A stretch of DNA of 50,193 nucleotides from a virus (lineage: Duplodnaviria > Heunggongvirae > Uroviricota > Caudoviricetes), in IMG/VR virus record IMGVR_UViG_2585427746_000005, positions 1 to 50,193 of that record; one strand, given 5' to 3'. The first letter of the stretch is position 1; each line of letters starts with the position of its first letter. Shown here piece after piece: positions 37,823 through 47,368 of the stretch. The notes under the pieces are model-generated. The model saw only the letters and a program-made list of their open reading frames with translations, was not told where the DNA came from and did no database searches. The translations under genes were made by a program, and so were the position numbers.

Positions 37823-39379
37823 ATGGCTAGCGGAAATGAAAAAAATCATAGAGTTAGGGTCGCACAGTACTTGAGGATGTCTACCGACCATCAGCAATAT
37901 TCTTTACATAATCAGTCTGAATATATCAAAGATTATGCTGAAAAGAACAATATGGAAATCGCTTATACCTACGATGATGCAGGTAAGAGCGGAGTCAGTA
38001 TCGTAGGCAGGCATTCTTTGCAGCAGTTACTTAGCGATGTAGAACAAAAGAAAATAGATATACAGGCTGTATTATTTTATGATGTGAGCCGTTTTGGTCG
38101 TTTTCAAAATAGTGATGAAGCTGCATATTATTCCTTTCTATTTGAAAGAAATGGTGTAGATCTTATATATTGTTCCGAACCTATACCCACTAAAGATTTC
38201 CCTTTAGAGTCCTCTGTTATACTGAATATAAAAAGATCAAGTGCTGCATATCACAGCAGGAATCTATCTGAAAAGGTATTTATAGGGCAAGTAAATTTAA
38301 TAAAGCTTGGTTATCATCAAGGCGGTATGGCTGGTTATGGGCTGAGACGTCTTTTAGTAGACGAAAATGGCATAGCTAAAGAAATATTGAATTTCCGCAA
38401 AAGAAAGAGTATTCAAACAGATAGGGTAATATTAATTCCGGGACCAAAAAATGAAATAAAAATTGTAAATAGAATCTATGATCTCTTTATAGATAGTAAC
38501 GTCCCAGAATTCATTATTGCTGAGAGATTAAATGAACAGAGCATACCTGCAGAAAATGGAACATCATGGACTCGTGCAAAAATACATCAAATTTTGACAA
38601 ATGAAAAATATATTGGAAACAACATATATAACAAAACCTCATCTAAACTAAAAAGTAAGCTTGTAAAAAACCCCAAACATGAATGGATTAGATGTGACAA
38701 GGCATATAAACCAATTATTTCAAAGAAAAAATATAATAAAGCTCAAGAAATAATTCAGCTCCGATCCATTCATTTGACTAATGAAGATCTATTAGAAAAG
38801 CTAAAAGAAAAATTAGAATCTAATGGAAAACTATCAGGCTTTATCATTGATGAAGATGATACAGGCCCTTCATCTTCTGTTTATAGAACCCGATTTGGTG
38901 GTCTTTTAAGAGCATATACTTTGATTGGTTATAAGCCAGAACATGATTACAGCTATCTCCAAATAAATGAAGCACTAAGATCATTTTACTCAGAGATAAT
39001 TGAGGATTTTAAGGGCGAAATATTAAAAAGTAACTGTCATATAGACGAGTATAAATATTACCCAATGCTTTACATCAATGATGAGTTTTTAATTTCCGTC
39101 CTTGTTACTAAATGCATACATATGAAATCAGGTAAACTTAGATGGAAAGTCCGGTTTGATAACTCACAGAAAGCAGACATAACAATTGTTATACGAATGA
39201 ATTCACAAAATATTTCACCTCTTGATTTTTATATCATACCAAAGATTGAAAACGAATATAGTAAAATGTGTATGATGGAAACAAACAACATTCGGTTAGA
39301 TCTCTATAGATTTGATAATCTTGATAAATTTCTACAAATTATTACTCGCATGAAAGTGAGGGAACTATATGCTGCCTGA
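37823..39379 (+). CDS. Large serine recombinase (resolvase-domain N-terminus)
   Basis: YLRMSTDHQ...GKSGVS...LLFYDVSRFGR resolvase motifs with a long C-terminal extension; ATG with GAGG SD. Confidence 0.85.
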   Translation: MASGNEKNHRVRVAQYLRMSTDHQQYSLHNQSEYIKDYAEKNNMEIAYTYDDAGKSGVSIVGRHSLQQLLSDVEQKKIDIQAVLFYDVSRFGRFQNSDEAAYYSFLFERNGVDLIYCSEPIPTKDFPLESSVILNIKRSSAAYHSRNLSEKVFIGQVNLIKLGYHQGGMAGYGLRRLLVDENGIAKEILNFRKRKSIQTDRVILIPGPKNEIKIVNRIYDLFIDSNVPEFIIAERLNEQSIPAENGTSWTRAKIHQILTNEKYIGNNIYNKTSSKLKSKLVKNPKHEWIRCDKAYKPIISKKKYNKAQEIIQLRSIHLTNEDLLEKLKEKLESNGKLSGFIIDEDDTGPSSSVYRTRFGGLLRAYTLIGYKPEHDYSYLQINEALRSFYSEIIEDFKGEILKSNCHIDEYKYYPMLYINDEFLISVLVTKCIHMKSGKLRWKVRFDNSQKADITIVIRMNSQNISPLDFYIIPKIENEYSKMCMMETNNIRLDLYRFDNLDKFLQIITRMKVRELYAA

Positions 39380-40265
39380 AAAAAATGAATTCCCAATAAT
39401 TCAAATTGAGATTGCAAAAATAAAATTTCTTAACCCACGAACAAGAAATAAGGTAGTGCATGAAGAAATAAAGGAAAGCATAAAAAAAAGAGGATTAAGC
39501 AAGCCTATAAGCGTAAGAGCTATTGATGAAGACGATTTCAAATATGCTTTAATTTGTGGTCAAGGGAGAATAGAGGCTCTTGTTGCATTAGGTGAAACTA
39601 TTATTCCAGCAATTATAAGAGATGTATCAGAAGAAGATGCTTACGTTATGAGTTTAGTTGAAAACATTGCAAGGAGAAGACCACGTTCTAATGAGTTATT
39701 ACAGGTGATTAAAGACATGAAAATCAGAGGACTTTCAGACTCCGAAATAAGTGAGATTACTGGATATTCATCGAACTGGGTGAGCAGTATTAATATGCTT
39801 CTTGATAAGGGAGAGCATAAACTTCTCTCAGCAGTCGAACGGGGTAATTTGCCTCTGTATCTCGCAGTGCAATTTGCAAGATGTGAAACTGAGGAAGCAC
39901 AAGATATTCTTACCGAAGCATATGATAAAAAATTAATAAAAAGTCGGGACATTATAAAGATAAAATACATTCTAAATCAAAGAACAGTTGGGAATAAAGG
40001 TGCAAAAGCAGCCGGATTTTATTATCACAAACCATCAAAAAGGATGACTGCAGAGGAGTTGATTGAGCTTTATGAAAATAGTATCGCTGAACATAAATCT
40101 GTTTATAACAACTCGAAATTTATAAAAACCAATCTACTAATAATAAATGAGATTTTTAACATCATAATGATGAATAAAAGCTTTCAAAATATACTTGAAC
40201 AAGAGAATCTTTCAGAACTACCATCTCAGATATTAAACCCAGTAAACAAAGAGGTATCAAAATGA
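39369..40265 (+). CDS. ParB/Srx-fold N-terminal domain protein
   Basis: ICGQGRIEAL resembles the ParB GxxR box; 11-nt overlap with the recombinase gene. Confidence 0.65.
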   Translation: MLPEKNEFPIIQIEIAKIKFLNPRTRNKVVHEEIKESIKKRGLSKPISVRAIDEDDFKYALICGQGRIEALVALGETIIPAIIRDVSEEDAYVMSLVENIARRRPRSNELLQVIKDMKIRGLSDSEISEITGYSSNWVSSINMLLDKGEHKLLSAVERGNLPLYLAVQFARCETEEAQDILTEAYDKKLIKSRDIIKIKYILNQRTVGNKGAKAAGFYYHKPSKRMTAEELIELYENSIAEHKSVYNNSKFIKTNLLIINEIFNIIMMNKSFQNILEQENLSELPSQILNPVNKEVSK

Positions 40266-41158
40266 TTCAGATACGTTTTGGCAAAAATTTTATTTACCTG
40301 GAAACTAATAAGTTAATTCCATCTAAGGAATTATTAGAAAACGTAAAGCGAAGCCATAAATATCATCAAATAGTTACCTCTATCGAAAGCTTGGGTATTA
40401 TTGAACCAATAATAGTATTCTATGACAAAGATAAAGATGTCACTAAGATACTTGATGGCCATTTAAGGGTTGAGGCTTTAAAAGACTTAGATATAGAAAA
40501 AGCTCCATGTATACTTTCGAGCATAGATGATGCTTTCACTCCTAACAAACAAGTGAATCATATAAATGTAGTTGAAGAACATAGAATGATAATTAAGTCT
40601 CTGGCAAAAGTATCAATTGAAAAACTTAGTGCTGCTTTGGGCATATCTGTTGATGCCATAAAAGATAAAGCTAATGTGATGAACGGCATAGATCCAAGTG
40701 TAATTGCGAAACTTTCTGATAAACCTATACCTAAGGCTACATTTGACGTTTTGAGGAAAATGAAGCCAATTCGTCAAATTGAAGCAGTCGGTACAATGAT
40801 TAATTTTGATAATTATAGTAAAAAATTTGCAATGAGCATCTTGGATGCAACACCGTCATCGATGATAGTAAATAAAGGGAAAAACACTCCCTATAAAAAG
40901 GACATAAAAAAAACCATACTTCGTCTGGAACAAGAAATGGCAACAACTTCGGAAGAAACGAAAAAACTTCAAACCGAGTATGGTTCAGATATGTTGAAAT
41001 TCGTTATAATCCAGTCATATATTAATAAATTACTTGGCAACTCTAAAGTTCTTCATTGGTTCTTAGAAAACGAGGTTGATTATCTTAATGAGTTAAAAAG
41101 AATTTCTAGAATAAATTCTTTGGATGATAAGACTCTTACTGAAAACAGCCAGTCATAG
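40262..41158 (+). CDS. ParB-like nuclease domain protein
   Basis: KILDGHLRVEALKDL matches the DGHHR-type ParB-like nuclease motif; ATGA overlap with the preceding gene. Confidence 0.65.
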   Translation: MIQIRFGKNFIYLETNKLIPSKELLENVKRSHKYHQIVTSIESLGIIEPIIVFYDKDKDVTKILDGHLRVEALKDLDIEKAPCILSSIDDAFTPNKQVNHINVVEEHRMIIKSLAKVSIEKLSAALGISVDAIKDKANVMNGIDPSVIAKLSDKPIPKATFDVLRKMKPIRQIEAVGTMINFDNYSKKFAMSILDATPSSMIVNKGKNTPYKKDIKKTILRLEQEMATTSEETKKLQTEYGSDMLKFVIIQSYINKLLGNSKVLHWFLENEVDYLNELKRISRINSLDDKTLTENSQS

Positions 41159-41811
41159 TCATGGTTTTATATAGCCTAAATAAACCAAGAAGTATACTTA
41201 CACAACGACCTTCACGCCGAAGAAGCTGTCAGATACGCCAGCAACCAAAGCATTGCGTTTAAGAGTCAGTCATTGATACGAAGGGATAACTGCGTATCAG
41301 CAGCCGGACATTGAGTCGAATAAAGGCTGGTAGAGAGGGACAGTTCTGTGTCACCGGGAGATTAGTCAGAAACATCAGCGGCAGAACAGATGAACCAGCA
41401 ATTGGTAGTGTACAGAAAACTCTCCAGTATATAATTATTCAACTTAACACTAAAAAAAATCACATAGTTAATATCATAATTTTTCTTTGGTCTACTTATG
41501 CGAGAGATATTGTGGCTTCAACCTGGTATTAGGAGTCGTTTCAGATAAAAGATGTTCTTCGATTCGACTGGACTTGGTAATAGCAATAAGTAATCGTGAA
41601 TATTGAAGGACGAAAGGCTACTTCAAAACAAAGTAACCTTTCCAATATTCCCATATATGGGACAAGTGGCACATTAACTGCACATAGTGCAGGATACATA
41701 TGACATAAAACTTTTTATTTATGGCATACATTAAAAATAACTTTTATTTTACGAATGTCAATAGGCTCTTGCTTAATACTTTTAAAATAATTAATTGATT
41801 TTTTATTATAG

Positions 41812-41831
41812 CTTCGCTTGTACAAGCGAAG
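41812..41831. repeat. Perfect 20-bp palindrome
   Basis: CTTCGCTTGTACAAGCGAAG equals its reverse complement; in the 1-kb non-coding gap between convergent operons. Confidence 0.6.
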
Positions 41832-42162
41832 ATCCTATTGTTCTTGAATGAATAATGCCAATTATAAAAGAAGCAAGGGCTAACCCTACGAAGCCGCTGC
41901 GCTTGTTTCTTTGGGTTCCCCTTGCTTTTCTTCCCTTCGGTTAGAAAAGAAAATCCAGCCCAGTTTATCAACTATCTACAGTATTCCCACTAAAGAGTAA
42001 CCGCCACTTTATACTCCGTTTGTGAGCTGAGGCTACTGTAGCATTTTTGGGTTTAAATTTTCTATCATTACCAGTTGTTGTGTCGGGATAAAAATATTTT
42101 CTCGCATCCAACCATAAAGATAGCAGATTTGCTATCATCATCACTTCACATAATGAAACTTT

Positions 42163-42194
42163 TTAAGTAGGCCTAAAATACAAGGCCTACTTAA
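42163..42194 (-). terminator. Putative terminator hairpin after the RelA/SpoT-like gene
   Basis: 11-bp perfect inverted repeat TTAAGTAGGCC / GGCCTACTTAA, 17 nt after the stop; no clean U-tract. Confidence 0.4.
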
Positions 42195-42210
42195 TAGCCG
42201 GAGATAGTTA

Positions 42211-43116
42211 TTATTTAGATGCTAAAATAGTATTTTTATTGAATTTTTCATCAGCATCTGTAAGCTTTTTCATTATTAAAGCAGGGGCTATATCCTGAAG
42301 CTCCGTAGATTTTATGAAAAAATAATTACAAAGGTAAATTATATTATTAAGATTAATTGGTATATCAATATTATAATCTAACATTAACGATAACAAACGA
42401 TCTCTGTCAATTCTATAAAACTTTTTACCAAGCTCTTTCTCATTAATTATTGAAATTATCTTTTCATCAAGCTTATCGTCCATTCTCAATCTTAATTTAT
42501 TTCTTAGCATAGCGGACCATGCGCTTGACTTATAATTTCTATATGCTAAATCCTCAAATAACTTCATTATTCCCCAATCAGATGTTTCCAAAGAGGCGTA
42601 AATTCCATTCAGCGCGCGACTAAGGTCATTATGCTCAACCCAATCCTCTTTGCACTTATAGCGTAGATCATGCTCAACTTCATGCCATCCTTCAGATAAA
42701 ATAGTTCTAAATTGGACTTCAAAAGTAGTATCAATATAAGAATATTTCTTTAATAAGACACTATCATTTGATAATACTTCTGGTAACTTAAAGACGTAAT
42801 TGCATCGAGTTGCCGCAAAGAGATTAGCCGTGGTTTCGTCTACGGTTTTAGATTCAATTTCGAATAATTTCTCCAGTGTTTTTTGAGCAATAAATAAATC
42901 ATCAGGAAAATATAATATTATCCTAACCCCAAATAAGTCTTGAATTTTTTTACCATCCTCTGAGTATTTATTAGGCTCTTTTTCATATTTCTTAATTATT
43001 GAGCTTTCTGATTTTGTCCTCGAAAAAAAACGATAAAGTAATCCAATACGATTAAGTTCATCTTCTATATCTTTTTGCAAACTTTGAATAATTCGCAATT
43101 CATTCCCGTTATACAT
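42211..43116 (-). CDS. RelA/SpoT-domain nucleotidyltransferase (small alarmone synthetase / toxSAS-like)
   Basis: DLFGVRIILYF and FEVQFRTILSEGWHEVEHDLRYK match the synthetase-domain motifs; start overlaps the upstream stop (TGATG). Confidence 0.8.
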   Translation of the reverse strand: MYNGNELRIIQSLQKDIEDELNRIGLLYRFFSRTKSESSIIKKYEKEPNKYSEDGKKIQDLFGVRIILYFPDDLFIAQKTLEKLFEIESKTVDETTANLFAATRCNYVFKLPEVLSNDSVLLKKYSYIDTTFEVQFRTILSEGWHEVEHDLRYKCKEDWVEHNDLSRALNGIYASLETSDWGIMKLFEDLAYRNYKSSAWSAMLRNKLRLRMDDKLDEKIISIINEKELGKKFYRIDRDRLLSLMLDYNIDIPINLNNIIYLCNYFFIKSTELQDIAPALIMKKLTDADEKFNKNTILASK

Positions 43117-45221
43117 CAGAAATTCCTCCCAAGAATTGCTTTAATCTCTGATATTCTTGCCATGTTAAGTTCAAGGAACGAACGCTTGTCTGGCGTAAGT
43201 AAAAGACCGTCTTTCCTCAATTTATCTAAAGAATGGAGTATTTCACTTAACTGAAATTGATTGTTGTTAGAACATAAGCCTTTTATAGGCCGATGCTTAT
43301 GATAGCTAACACTCCCTCTGGGACAGAACTTCTCTAAGATGTAAATATCACAATCTGTAATATCGTGATCATTTTCACTGTTTATCTCGACAGATTTTTT
43401 ATTAATAGCATCATTGTCACATTCACATCCCAAAAAATAAATATCTTCCCTACCACTTAATTCGTTAAAACTACAATCTATAAAAGAACAGTTCACGAAT
43501 GTAACGTTTTTATAATTACCACAGGTAAATATGCTGCTAAAAAACGAACAATCAACAAAGATAGTATCATGTATTATATTTATATCGCCTAAAGAAAGTT
43601 TTGATATAGACAATTGCTCAACACTATCATTTTTTAAATCTAATGGAACTTTTCCTATAAGCAAATGACTATAAAGGATTTTATCATTACCTGACATAAA
43701 ATATAAAGCAAACTCTAAGCTATGCCAAAGTAATTCTTTTTCATCATCGATCCTCGGCATATAAGATTGCACTGCTGGTTCTATAAAACGTTTATCACCA
43801 ATCCATTCATTTGACTTATCATTAATAATATTTTCAGAAACAAAATTACCAAGAACAAATTCATTAACAAATCCAATACCTTGGTTTTCTGAGCCTGACC
43901 GATCTAATAGAGCATGCGATGCTAATTTATTAACTAATTCGTCAGTAGTTGGTCTTTCATCTACAGTATAAAGCTTTCTTGTAGCCTCCAAGAGTTGTTG
44001 ATTCTTTTCAGTTATGACTAACGATATATACTCTCTAGACTCAGATGTGTAGTTACCCTCGACCATGTCGTCAGCTATTATTTTTAGTATAGTATATTGA
44101 TCTTCAATAGACATTAATAAATCTTGTCTTTTTCTTTCTCGCTCAAGCATTGAATCAAAATACTTCCTCACTATAGTTGTTGGGTCGCTTATAACTTTAT
44201 TAAAGTCGGTGTCGTCGATGCATCTTAGAAATGATAGCAGTACAGGGTTTGATAATTTGTTAAGAGGAAATCCTGTCGATGAAATTTCATCTAAACGTTG
44301 ACCTGGAAGCCAGTCTTCAATTTGTGGTTCATGAATTCTTATTCTTATCACATCAAAATCTTCTTGATGTGATGCTATCCACTGATGGAATTCATCTCCG
44401 TCAAATATAGCTGTTCTTCGAGTTGTCAAAACCACTTTTGCACTATCAGTTAGAAGCTCACTTATTGTTTCCAGCATTGGCTCTGTTTTTTCATAATTAT
44501 TTTCAATTCCGTTTGTACTTTCATGCAATAGTTCATCAAACCCGTCAAGTATAACTGGTACATTTCCTGCTCTTATTTCATTCCTTACTAAGGCTGAGCT
44601 TAACAAAGGAAAACTTCTATCAATTTCATCTAATAGTACATACCTGAATATTTTTGCTTGCCTATTCCTTGATAGTTCTGAAAATAATGGTATTTTCCCT
44701 ATATTGTTAACTATAATCTCCCTCAATAATTCATACGCCGTGCAAGTCTTTCCAAAACCGGCTGCAGCCTCAATCAAAAACAGAATTGGACGCCTATGTT
44801 GTATTCTCTCTAATATTTCCGTAACAACATTAGCTTCGCCAATAACACCATTTAAGTAATATTTTGAATTTATGTAGGAATAAGTTGCAGTAGGTGAGTG
44901 AATTTTTACAATTGAATCTGTGAAAGTATTATAATCTTTAATCAACCTTTCTTTAGTTGAATCGACGCTAAAGAAGCCATTAAATAATTCCTTATGTGCT
45001 TCTTCATAAGACTGATATTTTTTAATTTGACATGCATAACCTAACTGCCTATATTCTTCAAAGGTTTGATTTACATTAACCTCATTATTTAGTGGAAGTA
45101 TGTCCGCGTTATGGTAGTGCCCTGTTTTAATAGAATATACAGCAATACTTTCGTTACCTGTATTTTCTTCAGTAAAACCAAACCTTTTATATATCTCTGT
45201 AAGTTTGCTTTTTCGTAACAT
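43116..45221 (-). CDS. NACHT/STAND-like P-loop NTPase with C-terminal pentapeptide repeats
   Basis: Walker A AAAGFGKT, NACHT-type Walker B VILDGFDEL, C-terminal FVDCSFFSSIFTCGNYKNVTFVNCSFIDCSF repeats; start moved to ATG with AGGAGG SD. Confidence 0.8.
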   Translation of the reverse strand: MLRKSKLTEIYKRFGFTEENTGNESIAVYSIKTGHYHNADILPLNNEVNVNQTFEEYRQLGYACQIKKYQSYEEAHKELFNGFFSVDSTKERLIKDYNTFTDSIVKIHSPTATYSYINSKYYLNGVIGEANVVTEILERIQHRRPILFLIEAAAGFGKTCTAYELLREIIVNNIGKIPLFSELSRNRQAKIFRYVLLDEIDRSFPLLSSALVRNEIRAGNVPVILDGFDELLHESTNGIENNYEKTEPMLETISELLTDSAKVVLTTRRTAIFDGDEFHQWIASHQEDFDVIRIRIHEPQIEDWLPGQRLDEISSTGFPLNKLSNPVLLSFLRCIDDTDFNKVISDPTTIVRKYFDSMLERERKRQDLLMSIEDQYTILKIIADDMVEGNYTSESREYISLVITEKNQQLLEATRKLYTVDERPTTDELVNKLASHALLDRSGSENQGIGFVNEFVLGNFVSENIINDKSNEWIGDKRFIEPAVQSYMPRIDDEKELLWHSLEFALYFMSGNDKILYSHLLIGKVPLDLKNDSVEQLSISKLSLGDINIIHDTIFVDCSFFSSIFTCGNYKNVTFVNCSFIDCSFNELSGREDIYFLGCECDNDAINKKSVEINSENDHDITDCDIYILEKFCPRGSVSYHKHRPIKGLCSNNNQFQLSEILHSLDKLRKDGLLLTPDKRSFLELNMARISEIKAILGRNF

Positions 45222-45298
45222 TAAACTCACCTCCTGATATTTTTCGCAATGATGCTATAGTCGCTGTATGAACTTTTAATATAATATTACAAAAACCA

Positions 45299-45337
45299 TC
45301 TACATAGCTACCGCCTAAGCAATAATAGCTATGTAGA
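45299..45337. repeat. 12-bp perfect inverted repeat upstream of the NTPase operon
   Basis: TCTACATAGCTA - 15 nt - TAGCTATGTAGA; followed on the minus strand by GGTTTTTG. Confidence 0.5.
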
Positions 45338-45945
45338 GATTATCTGTAAGAGAACAGTTCAACGGTTACGTGCACGTTATGACATCGTTCTAACTTCATG
45401 GGGTGCTCAGTAACAGAACTTTTAAGCCATTCTTGCTCGCTGAACATGCAGTCATACCTATCACAAGCAGTACAACCATTACTTAGCAGACCTCTGCTTC
45501 TTGTTCCAAAAGGAACGTAAACCAGATGTTAGAGTTAACAAAACTGAAAGCCACTGCCCCCCAAATCTCCAAGTCAAACATTAGAGACTTTAAGTGAGCT
45601 CAGCCCAGATTATGCATTCTAATCAATTTCCAAATAATCAATCGGGCTAAGCCGTGGTGGTCATCGCGCCAATCCCCATAATGAAGGATACATCTTGGCT
45701 GTATCATCTTCCTTACAACTGCGTTTCAACATGTGCTGAACAACACTCAAGTTAATGTAAATGAGCCAGTGAATACAACATCTGTTTCAAATCACTTTGA
45801 AGTTTTCTTCACTTAATGTGTACGCCAAAATTATCCGGATAAACATAGAGTAACGGTCGACCGGGATTACAATCAACCAGTTTCATCTCTAGTAAGCGAT
45901 ATTCTTAAGGCGGCAGCGGAATGTTCTGACAACCCCACTGAGGCG

Positions 45946-46332
45946 GTGCTACAAATCTTATCGAAGCCAAACATCAGCTACGTTTCCCTAGATGTTAAAA
46001 TCAGTAGTCGCAGGGCCAATGCTAATGATCCACACATTGACCGTGAAGGGGCCTTTCAGGTGGGTACGACTGCATTCCAAGTGACCACCGCACCTATGGA
46101 GAAATTGATTTCACACTGTATCAAAATCAAACGCGCAGGCTACAGGCCGGTCATCCTAACTCTTGAAAGCAAGGTCATTGCAGCACGCCAGCTGGCTGAT
46201 AACGTTGGTATGTCTGAACTGATAGCCATCCAGGCAGCTGAAACTTTCATTGGTAACAATATTGAAGAGATTGCTATTTATGACGGCGATAAAATCCGTG
46301 AGAGTCTCGCAAGATTGATACATCTCTTATGA
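45946..46332 (+). CDS. Hypothetical protein or gene remnant
   Basis: 128-aa ORF with GTG start and no clear SD, after about 600 bp of ORF-free sequence. Confidence 0.3.
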   Translation: MLQILSKPNISYVSLDVKISSRRANANDPHIDREGAFQVGTTAFQVTTAPMEKLISHCIKIKRAGYRPVILTLESKVIAARQLADNVGMSELIAIQAAETFIGNNIEEIAIYDGDKIRESLARLIHLL

Positions 46333-46913
46333 TTGATGAGCCTCTTGGATCGTTAACTTACTGACCGACTCCTGAAATACATAGAGCTCAGTAAGCTTAA
46401 CGAGTCGCTTTTTTCCACCATACCTAAGCCCCAAAACTAAAGCACTACGGCTTGATTGGGCTGGCGTAAGTCTGCACACCGAGCCTTTTGCACTATAAAT
46501 TTCTCAGAATATATAACCAATATGTCAGTAAAGGTTTAAAGTGAATGATTCGTTTTGGCAGGATACTTACGATTATCACAACACTATCACATATTGTGTC
46601 TCACACACAAAGTTGAAAATCAAAACAGAAGTAAAAGATATAATATTCCCCTGCTAAAATACGATTCACTTCAAACATTTAATATTAATGGGATATATTT
46701 CCCCCTAAGCAATGGGGAAAAACGCCCATCAATCAACCATGAAATAAAAATAGCACTTTTTGCAAACTATGAATTTATTTATATAAAACATCACATTAAA
46801 TTAGTTTATTCAAAAGAAAACGCTTGCTTATTTTTTATTATTAAAAATAAATTTGATTTTTATTTATTTGATAATATACATTCATTTCATCAAAATAATA
46901 AAGGAGAATAAAA

Positions 46914-47354
46914 ATGAAAAAACAAAACTATTCAACCCTGACAAGTTACCTATCTAAAACAAAAAAGAATACAGATCTCTACCGTCTGTATAACCCTCAC
47001 TTTTCAATATTCTGTAAAAATAGCATTGAAGATCATGTTTTTTATCTTAATTATTTTTCCAGACATATGGTGACGGAAAGAAATATTCTGACCATATTTG
47101 CTATCCATACCTTTTTCTCTTATAGCATGGAAAAAAAAGACACCATAAAAGCTTTTACCCGTTTTCTTAAAGAGGAGAATCACGATACTTTCTATCAGTC
47201 ATTTTCTTTTCGTGGCTGCAATATCATTTACACAAACAAAAAAGGCGAAGTGAAAGAGATCTCATGGTTTTCTTTTTCACGGATCTATGACGAGATCATT
47301 AAGATAAAAGAATATGAATACAACAATAATACCTGGCACAAAACGACCGCTTAA
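46914..47354 (+). CDS. Hypothetical protein (first gene of ankyrin operon)
   Basis: 146-aa AT-rich ORF, ATG with AAAGGAG SD. Confidence 0.6.
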   Translation: MKKQNYSTLTSYLSKTKKNTDLYRLYNPHFSIFCKNSIEDHVFYLNYFSRHMVTERNILTIFAIHTFFSYSMEKKDTIKAFTRFLKEENHDTFYQSFSFRGCNIIYTNKKGEVKEISWFSFSRIYDEIIKIKEYEYNNNTWHKTTA

Positions 47355-47368
47355 AAAGGAGAACGCCC

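Noticed and set aside
41744-41971. 75-aa minus-strand ORF in the intergenic gap
   Set aside because: Spans the 20-bp palindrome in AT-rich DNA with no ribosome-binding site; more likely structured non-coding DNA.
46555-46911. 118-aa plus-strand ORF upstream of the ankyrin operon
   Set aside because: Non-ATG start, extremely AT-rich and low-complexity; more consistent with the operon's promoter region.
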